Below, piece after piece: positions 56,801 to 64,000 of a stretch of 64,000 nt of DNA. The notes below the pieces were generated by a model. It made no database searches and was not told the origin of the DNA. It worked only from the letters and a program-made list of their open reading frames with translations. Where the stretch lies: NCBI GenBank assembly GCA_964016885.1, contig OZ024746.1, positions 77,066,001 through 77,130,000 of the forward strand. The letters are read 5' to 3'. This stretch comes from Eledone cirrhosa (Eukaryota). Positions within the stretch are counted from its first letter, which is position 1, and every line of letters begins with the position of its first letter. The position numbers and the translations under genes were made by a program.

Positions 56801-57429
56801 ATATATATATATATATATAGGGGAGGGGGTGATGTGTCATAATTTCCTTACGCGTAATATGAGATATGGTTAAAGTAAAAAAAGGTACCTCACTCAAATA
56901 AAGTACCAGTAATGTACTGAGATAATTGCTGGCCTTGTGCCAAAAGTAGAAACAATTATATATATATATATCCTCGATGTACCTTTACCAACTAATAAGG
57001 TGTATATATATATATCAGGGGCGAAGGGTCCGTGCATGCAACGCATGCAGTGCATGTGTTATAGAATCTTGAGTTGCTCAATTGCGTCGGTTGAAGCAAG
57101 CAGAAATTTGGCTGCTTACTAAATCGTAGACACATAAAAAGATAACACACACACACATACACACAAACACACGACATATATATATGAAATAAAATCGCCC
57201 CAATGTAAATTACAATGATAGTCGATCACTATACATAATAGCTTAAAAATTGGATTGAGTAACCTTGGAAATTAAAAAAAGTAAACAGGGGCGCCAGCGT
57301 TGAATCGAACCCCTCATCTCATGAAAGCCGGGAAAGTACGTTAATCATTGCGAGAGATGCAGTGTTCGATTTTCGCAGGTGCCCCTCTCCACTTTAAACA
57401 TTTTTTTTTTTTATTTTGTCTTCAGGTGT

Positions 57430-57673
57430 ACTCTCTCTCTATATATATATATGTTTGTACATATGTGAGTATATATCTATCTATATATATATATGTTTGT
57501 ACATATGTGAGTATATATCTATCTCTCTCTCTCTATATATATATATGTTTGTACATATGTGAGTATATATCTATCTCTCTCTATATATATATATATATGT
57601 TTGTACATATGTGAGTATATATCTATCTCTCTCTCTCTATATATATATATGTTTGTACATATGTGAGTATATA

Positions 57674-57704
<31 letters not shown>

Positions 57705-57727
57705 GTTTGTACATATGTGAGTATATA

Positions 57728-57758
<31 letters not shown>

Positions 57759-57877
57759 GTTTGTACATATGTGAGTATATATCTATCTCTCTCTCTCTAT
57801 ATATATATATGTTTGTACATATGAGTATATATCTATCTATATATATATGTTTGTACATATGTGAGTATATATATCTA

Positions 57878-57912
<35 letters not shown>

Positions 57913-58220
57913 GTTTGTACATATGTGAGTATATATCTATCTCTCTCTCTATATATATATATATGTTTGTACATATGTGAGTATATATCTATCTCTCTCT
58001 ATATATATATATATGTTTGTACATATGTGAGTATATATCTATATATATATATATATATATGTTTGTACATATGTGAGTATATATCTCTCTCTATATATAT
58101 GTGTGTTTACATATGTGAGTATATATCTATCTCTCTCTCTATTTATATATATATATATGTTTGTACATATGTGAGTATATATCTATATATATATGTTTAT
58201 ACTTATGTGAGTATATATCT
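57430..58220. repeat. Compound minisatellite GTTTGTACATATGTGAGTATATAT(CT)n(AT)n
   Basis: Constant core with variable dinucleotide runs. Confidence 0.9.
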
Positions 58221-58245
58221 ATATATTATATATATAAAGATATAT

Positions 58246-58425
58246 ATGAAAAGATTCAGGACCCCGACAACTGAGCTCCAGCCATTTCAACAGCTAGATC
58301 CGAAACAGCCAGAGCTCAGCCGTCGGAGGTCCTGAATCTTTTCATATTACCCACTCTACTACCCCAAGTATCGAGTACTCTGGTGGGTTATGGTCCACCT
58401 AGTACTTTACCACACCCTTTCTGAT
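58246..58425 (+). mobile_element. HHR family A copy with inverted arm
   Basis: Same architecture as 21062-21272. Confidence 0.75.
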
Positions 58426-59571
58426 ATATATATATATATACACCTGATGTACCCCTTCCATACACATGCACACACGTGTGTATCATGACTCGTGCACTGT
58501 TCATTTTATTGATGTTTGTGCATTGCCCTATGTACTGTACATGCACTTTTTTGATGAGTTGTGGTGCACCTGGGCACTGTACACAATATTTCATTATTGT
58601 TATTATATCATGACTCATACACTGTTTATTTTCCTGACATTTGTACATTATTCTATGTACTATACATGCAGTTGTAGTGCACCTGAGCACTGTACACAAT
58701 AATTTCATTATTATATAAGTTAAAACAATGAAATAAAAATTCAAGTCATTTATTTCATTGTTTTAACTTATATCATGACTCTGTTTTCCTTTTGATGTTT
58801 TATTGTTTTCCGAGATTTAATTTAACCTACAACATTTTCAACATATGGATTACATTGAGTTCTTCATGCAGACTAGACCGCACAATTAACCATGGATATT
58901 TCTGTTTGTATGTGTATATATATATATATATTCCAATAGTCTACTTTTTTTTTCAACTAATAGCCATTCATTTATTATTCAATTAGTTTTCACATCGGCT
59001 TTACCACCACCATGATTACAACCCACACGTTATATATACATACATATTACACACAGACACATAAATATGTACACATACACTCAATATCATCCATCCACAC
59101 ACACACACACACATCTATTCATCTATACATACACACATAAACACATACATATATACACAAAGCCCATTCATCCATCTACACATACATACACACACAACAG
59201 GTGTATTTTGAAGGCGAAATGGTGTGAATTTCCAAGTGAAATAGTATTGTTTGTTGAGAGGTAGGAGGTAGAAGCCAGTGATCATTTGAGATTAACAGCG
59301 ACAGCCTACCATCCTCTAACCTTAACATAATCAATCAAATCAAGCTTTATAACAAGTACAAGCATATCTGCTGAATTTTCTTTTCACCCTTTCCTTACCA
59401 TATTTCTAATAAAAGGCACTTCCAATATGTTTCAATTAATTTTTTAAATAATCAAGAATTAGGAAGGATTTAGAAAATAACTAAATTTCTCATTAGTGAG
59501 CTTGTGTTTGGAACATAACTTGAGAAAATGTTCTTAAAATTATGATGTAAGGATATAATATAAGTATGTAT

Positions 59572-59820
59572 CAGGGGCGAAGGGTCCGTGGAAGCAACGC
59601 ATGCAGTGCATGCGTATAGAATCTTGAGTTGATCAATTGCGTCGGTTGAAGCAAGCAGAATTTTGGCTGCTTACTAAAACGTAGACACATAAAAAGACAC
59701 ACACACACACACTAGATAACACTACATGTGGCTTTGACCGAGAGGGTCATTTAGAGGGAATGGGGGGGGGGGGGGTGTAAGGCTGCACAGTCCCACTTTC
59801 CAGGTTACCCTTCGCCACTG
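59572..59820. mobile_element. hAT MITE (partial second copy at 57016-57170)
   Basis: TIRs CAGGGGCGAAGGGT / ACCCTTCGCCACTG; perfect 8-bp TSD GTATGTAT. Confidence 0.85.
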
Positions 59821-60169
59821 GTATGTATGCATGGTCCCATAACTTCTAAAAGAAGTCGTAGGGGCACTGTATTGACATGTGGTGTTTCTGGGGAATTTTA
59901 AAATCTGGTGGACCCTAATCCTCTCCAGGTCTGAGTACAATAGATTTCTTCCTAAGAAGGATAGAGAGTGTGAGAGTGGATGTGAGAAAGAGATATAAAG
60001 GAAGAATCAACCTCAATACTTGACTGGTACTTTTTTTTTATCAACCTCGAATGGATGAAAGGCAAAATTGACCTCAATGGGATTTGAACTCAGAGTGCAG
60101 AGAGCTGAAACGAATACCACAAAGCATTCTATCCGACATTCTAATGGCTCTGCAAATTCACTGCCTTAA

Positions 60170-60324
60170 CCCTTAAGCATTTAAACCCGGCCAGAATTTA
60201 CTCACCTCTTTCTGTTCAAACCAGCTGTAACTGGCCACTCATATTGATGTTAAGGTATTGTTCTCAAAATAAATAATGTCAAAATTTCATAGATTTGATA
60301 TTATATGAGATAATTACTATGAAA

Positions 60325-60391
<67 letters not shown>

Positions 60392-60408
60392 ATGTAAATG
60401 CTAATGGG
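60170..60408. mobile_element. piggyBac-like MITE (related end at 61180-61326)
   Basis: TTAA|CCCTTAAGCATT ... AATGCTAATGGG|TTAA. Confidence 0.65.
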
Positions 60409-60973
60409 TTAATATAAATATGAAGTTTAAAACAGGCAGCTTTGCATCACAGAACCAGGAGTGGTTTCAGGCAGGTTGCTATCAAAAGGGTTAATGACAA
60501 TAAATAAGTAAAATTTATTTACAGATTTGTTGTTGTTGGACCTCCGTCATTTTTAACGGAACTGCCTGCTCATGAAATCAACAGCTAAGTGGTCGAACAC
60601 TCCACAGACGCGTGTACATTTAATGTAGTTCTCAGGGAAATTTAACATGACACAATGAATGTCAAGACTGGCATCTTAAATTACATGTTCAACACATTTA
60701 TGTCAGCTGAGTGGGCTGGAGCAACGTGAAATAAAGTGTCTTGCTCAAGAACACAACACTGCCTGGTCTGGAAATCAAACTAACGACCTTACTATCATGA
60801 GTCAACCATCCTAAACACATGGTATAATATAATGAAATATTTTTTGAAAATTAATAATAAAGAAGAGAGAAAAAGAAATAAAGGGGAGGGGAAGAATAAT
60901 TAAATATATAAAGAAGGGAAGATGGAAAAGAAGACAGCATACTCTATACTCTTGGTTGGGCAATACATTTCAG

Positions 60974-61079
60974 CAGAACCCCCACCACAGTGAACAAGAT
61001 AGTGGAAGCATTGCTGGAGAGAACAGCCAGTGGCACCTGCTGCATCAACCATTCAACCTCATGGGAGCTCCTTTTTCAG
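60974..61079 (+). CDS. Candidate internal exon of an unidentified plus-strand transcript
   Basis: TTTCAG acceptor, strong CAG|GTGAGT donor, raised GC, two open frames; no protein recognised. Confidence 0.3.
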
Positions 61080-62000
61080 GTGAGTTGTGCTCCTGATTTT
61101 TCTTAAACGGAAATGGCAGTCCAAACACCAAGGACACCAGATTAATTATAACAATTCATGTCTAGATATGTTTTATAATCAGGGCTGTATTAGATGATAT
61201 TGCTCACAAAATTAACAATATCAAAATCTCATAGATTTGATATAATGTGAGATAATTATGTGAGGTAAAGTCTTTACCGTGAAAATATAATAGTATATAT
61301 AGAGTAATGTAAATGCTAAAGGGTTAAGATGACCCAGCATCAATCTAGAGCCACATTATTCATAAAGCTGCCTAGGATGAAGCTTAGGGAACCTGCAAGG
61401 GCAAGGCACATGTCAATATTTTTTTCTTACTTTTTTGCTATAGTGGAGTGAAACATTGAAGTACATGTATACACACGTTTCTTGGTGGAATTGCTGAAAC
61501 ATATTCAAATGCTTTGCAAAATTGTGGACAAGCTACAATTGTAAATATATACATATATGCAATGGAGGCATATATGAAAGTATATACAATGTTTATGTAT
61601 AATAAACATATGTCTCACTATATTCTAAAGTTGTGATCATGTCATACCTAGCGTAGTACCCATGTAAGAACACCAAACACTAGTGTTTCAAGATGGTGAA
61701 AGCCACTTCTACAGTTATATTGCAAACTTCAGAAAATAGTTGTAGTCCAAATATATTGTGAACAGCATTGTTAGACAAACATTTGGGTTTTGTTGTTTTA
61801 TGTATTTTTTTCATGTAAAACACCAGAATGTGCTCAATGTGCACTTAGTCTCTCTCTCTATCATCATTGTTTAACGTCCATTTTCCACGCTAGCATGGGT
61901 TAGACAGGTCGTCCCATTTTAGGTAAGTTGGGTCAGGTGACTGTGTCTTACTCAGATAGGAGTTTCTGGCTAGGTTTCTATGGCTGGATGCCATTCCTAA

Positions 62001-62036
<36 letters not shown>

Positions 62037-62145
62037 TTTCGATTAATTTTGAAAATAAACAAGAATTTTTAAAGGAATTTAGTAAAAATAACTTTTTTAA
62101 TTTTTAAGTTGGTGCTTGAGACATACTTAACAAAATTTTCTTATA

Positions 62146-62310
62146 CAGGCAAAATTCCGTTATAATTAATTTTTCAGTATAACAATTTTTTTCAATCCCC
62201 GAGTTAATAACAAAAGCTCGAATTGTTTCTGTCGATCTCGTTATAAAGAATTTTTCATACAACAAATTTTTTTTATACCCCATGAATTTTGTGATAATGG
62301 AATTTCACTG
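62146..62310. mobile_element. Tigger/pogo-like MITE
   Basis: TA|CAGGCAAAATTCCGTTAT ... ATAATGGAATTTCACTG|TA. Confidence 0.6.
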
Positions 62311-62947
62311 TATAAAATAATAACAGTTTAAATCTAAATATGAACACTTTAAATCAAATGGCTTTGCATCATAGAAACAAGAGTGGTTTCATGTGGTAGG
62401 TGTGTTAAGCCACTGCTGCTAGTGATGGTGACCATCATCATATTATAAATACTTTTTGATTCCAGCAGGTGATGGGGTCCACGTCTTGTTCATACGGTCT
62501 ATATTTCGGTATGGTTTCTATGGCAGGATGTTCTAATATCAACTGCTTTACAGGGCATACTGGTTGTATTTTAAATTTGCATCAGCACTGCCACTTTACA
62601 GAATGAACTGGGTGCATTTGATCATTGCACCAGCACTACCACATTACAGAATATACTGGGTGTATTTGATTATGACACCATACTTACCACTTTACAAACT
62701 GGAGTGGATGCATTTTTTCATGGCAATCATGTGTAATGAAATTAAATTGAAATGGAAAAGTTTGAGGAAATAATAAGAAAACTATCAAATCTTATAGTAT
62801 AATAATAAACATAAAGTTTTATTTTTCAATGAGGATTTCCATACACCCCTTGTAATGTGCAAGCCAGATAGTATATTGAAGTTATAAGACATACTATCAA
62901 CAAGATACTACAATGGTAGGTAAGTTCCATTGAAACACCCCCTTTTT

Positions 62948-63158
62948 TCAATCACTTGATGACCAACTGCGACTGCGGCTCGAACTACTGCCCTTTCTCT
63001 TGCGACCACTTCTTCCACTCCTTCGACTGCTTCGACGTCGCTGACGACTGCTGCTGCTACTACGACGGTCCCGAGTATTTCGTCGTTGTTGGTTGCGAGA
63101 GCTGCTTCGAGAGTAAGAGCGCCGATGGCTGGATGACCGACTTCGTGAAGGACTTGAA
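62948..63158 (-). CDS. Terminal coding exon with an Arg/Ser-rich (RS) domain; gene continues beyond the window
   Basis: Acceptor TTTGCCTCCCACTCACAG; SSPSRSRSSSHRRSYSRS...RSRSWSSSD* uses mixed codons, so it is not a simple repeat. Confidence 0.7.
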
Positions 63159-64000
63159 CTGTGAGTGGGAGGCAAATATATAAAAATAAAGGAAATAAAT
63201 TTTACAATTCATCAAAGAAAGGAAGAAAACAAACAAATTAAATGTTTCGGTTCACAACTGCATAGATTTAACTGACTTCTTATGAGGTTACATTTCATAC
63301 AAGGTTTCTCGGGTGTTTTAATGATAGAGGCTCCAGTCCTATCATGTTATAACTTACAGCAATACAGGTTTAGCTGGTCTATGAGGTTGCAACTCATTGA
63401 ATGTTTCTTGAGTGTTTTAATGATATGAGCCCCAGTTCTATCATGTTACAGCTCACACCTATGCAGGTTTATGTTAGCCCCCAACAAGAGTGCATCACAT
63501 AGAAAGTTTTCTGTATGTATAATGTCCTATCACGAAAAAAAACATAAAATGTCTTGCTCGAGAACACAATGTAGCACACAACATTGGAATTGAATCTATA
63601 GCCTTATAATGATGAGATCAACAGCCTAACCCTTAGCTATGTGCTGGGTGCATTGTATCATGACAGCAACATGAGAGAGGTCGACATGACTTTGACAGGG
63701 CAAAGATAGACAGCAACCGGAGAGGTTGGATGAGAATTCATGTGATTATATTTATTTTAGGTATTAATAAACCCAGACAAGAGTGAATATTGCTGCCAGT
63801 ATTATATATGGTGAATACTGGACCGAGATCTTTGGCGCTACACAGTAATACAGAAGACCCGCCTTGCCTAAGTACAAAGCGAAACCTACAGTCAGTAGGC
63901 ACCTCTAACATAAATACACCCCCACCCCATCCACACCACCCCTTTCGATGTAAAGTTATGTTGGTACCACAACATCCAGTCCGAAACAAATGAGGTCGTG

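Noticed and set aside
57430-58220. Constant repeat with variable spacers (CRISPR-like)
   Set aside because: The spacers are only (CT)n(AT)n length variants
60974-61079. Similarity of ERTASGTCCINH to aldehyde dehydrogenase TSSGxVxxND
   Set aside because: The downstream PFGG motif is absent and the match is too short
62956-63183. Plus-strand Cys/Asp-rich ORF
   Set aside because: Antisense shadow of the RS exon

Overview
Eukaryotic, AT-rich, microsatellite-saturated DNA; the SINE/LINE content is most consistent with an octopod cephalopod (inference). No intact gene is contained. Host coding signal is limited to a minus-strand terminal RS-domain exon (62948-63158) and two weak plus-strand exon candidates. 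The rest is mobile DNA: two decayed Tx1/L1-like LINEs plus 3' fragments, RTE, CR1, CRE-like and R4/Dong-like fragments, mariner and Merlin relics, a non-autonomous Helitron, several MITEs and more than 20 tRNA-derived SINEs. Most ORF-track entries are microsatellite artefacts. The main unexplained signal is RNA structure. About 25 intact or decayed minimal type I hammerhead ribozyme (HHR) motifs, from about ten dissimilar short families, sit mostly in (TA)n tracts as head-to-head palindromes, as expected of Penelope-like pLTRs or retrozymes. Seven families also share a covarying bulged hairpin, ACUC-[stem]-loop-[stem']-UY-GAGU(RC), near their 3' end, which I do not recognise as described. One family shows a head-to-tail junction suggesting a ~270-nt circular or tandem RNA unit. 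All structures were folded by eye, and coordinates of degenerate repeats are approximate.
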